Source: Pseudovirgaria hyperparasitica
Lineage: Eukaryota
Direction: 5' to 3' (one strand)
Length of the DNA stretch: 64,000 nucleotides
Assembly: GCA_010093815.1 (NCBI GenBank)
Contig: ML996576.1
This document shows, piece after piece, positions 63,537-64,000 of this stretch (positions are counted from its first letter, which is position 1; each line of letters starts with the position of its first letter). The translations under genes were made by a program, and so were the position numbers. Under the pieces are notes generated by a model, which was not told where the DNA came from, did not search any database, and saw only the letters and a program-made list of their open reading frames with translations.

Positions 63537-64000
63537 CTACGACGACGCTGGCGGTGGTGATGGTGGAGGAGGCTGGGGCGTCGAACTCCTGCTGGAAGGC
63601 TTCAGAGCTCTCAAGCCTGCCACAACGCTATCCATTGTCGAAGCCTGCGCTCCAGCGGTGCTCGCTGCGTCACGAGCACTGCGAGCCTTCTCCATGAGTT
63701 TCGCCATGCCAATGCGGCCACTTTCGAGACCAACAGCTTTCATGCCTGCAGCTGTCGAAGAGGCGTCTTGGAAGATATGCTGCATGTTTCGGATTGTTGG
63801 AGAATCTTCGACTCTGCGTGTCAGGTACAAAGTCGCACTGCGACCACGTTGCTCCACGATGCTGCGGACTTCTTCTTCATACGCTTTCTCGTAGACATTC
63901 ATCTCGATCGCGGAGGGTGACTCTGCGACAATGTGCACGTTGTCTTCAGCCGAAGGATTGTGGTCAGCACTGATGCCAATGTCGAGGAAGAGCTGATCCT
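63537..64000 (-). CDS. 3' end of a gene running off the window; C-terminus resembles Ssp1/CaMKK-like kinases
   Basis: VAESPSAIEMNVYEKAYEEEV..GRSATLYLTRRVE recalled from fungal Ssp1-like kinase tails; kinase domain not in window. Confidence 0.55.
   Translation of the reverse strand, partial: DQLFLDIGISADHNPSAEDNVHIVAESPSAIEMNVYEKAYEEEVRSIVEQRGRSATLYLTRRVEDSPTIRNMQHIFQDASSTAAGMKAVGLESGRIGMAKLMEKARSARDAASTAGAQASTMDSVVAGLRALKPSSRSSTPQPPPPSPPPASS

Noticed and set aside
1..64000. tRNA or rRNA genes
   Set aside because: GGTTCGA-like hits examined lacked cloverleaf context; no rRNA-like tract seen

Overview
Intron-containing genomic DNA from a filamentous ascomycete (Pezizomycotina; Dothideomycete-like by inference). 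The first ~5.3 kb is an AT-rich, RIP-mutated DNA transposon (412-5074). It has TAY..RTA terminal inverted repeats, a perfect 6-bp target-site duplication (TATACT) and a readable DDE transposase relic, which fits the IS3EU superfamily. It carries two further relic ORFs and 17 exact copies of the palindrome CGTACG, often spaced ~200 bp apart. The remainder is gene-dense: TRS33, malate dehydrogenase, HapE/Hap5, FCF2 (with an intronic C/D snoRNA), a CorA/ALR Mg transporter, an RBR/IBR protein, a degenerate RNase H-fold protein, an importin-beta (Kap122/importin-13-like), aminopeptidase P, FUN14, an MFS transporter, a LaeA-like methyltransferase flanked by two paralogous Cys4-domain genes, GlyRS, RPF1, FLX1, a TALE-homeobox/C2H2 factor, a MEK1-like kinase, RPL41, a GH3 beta-xylosidase, a membrane protein and the 3' end of a probable Ssp1/CaMKK-like kinase. 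All gene models were read by eye and family calls rest on motif recognition; no database searches were run.
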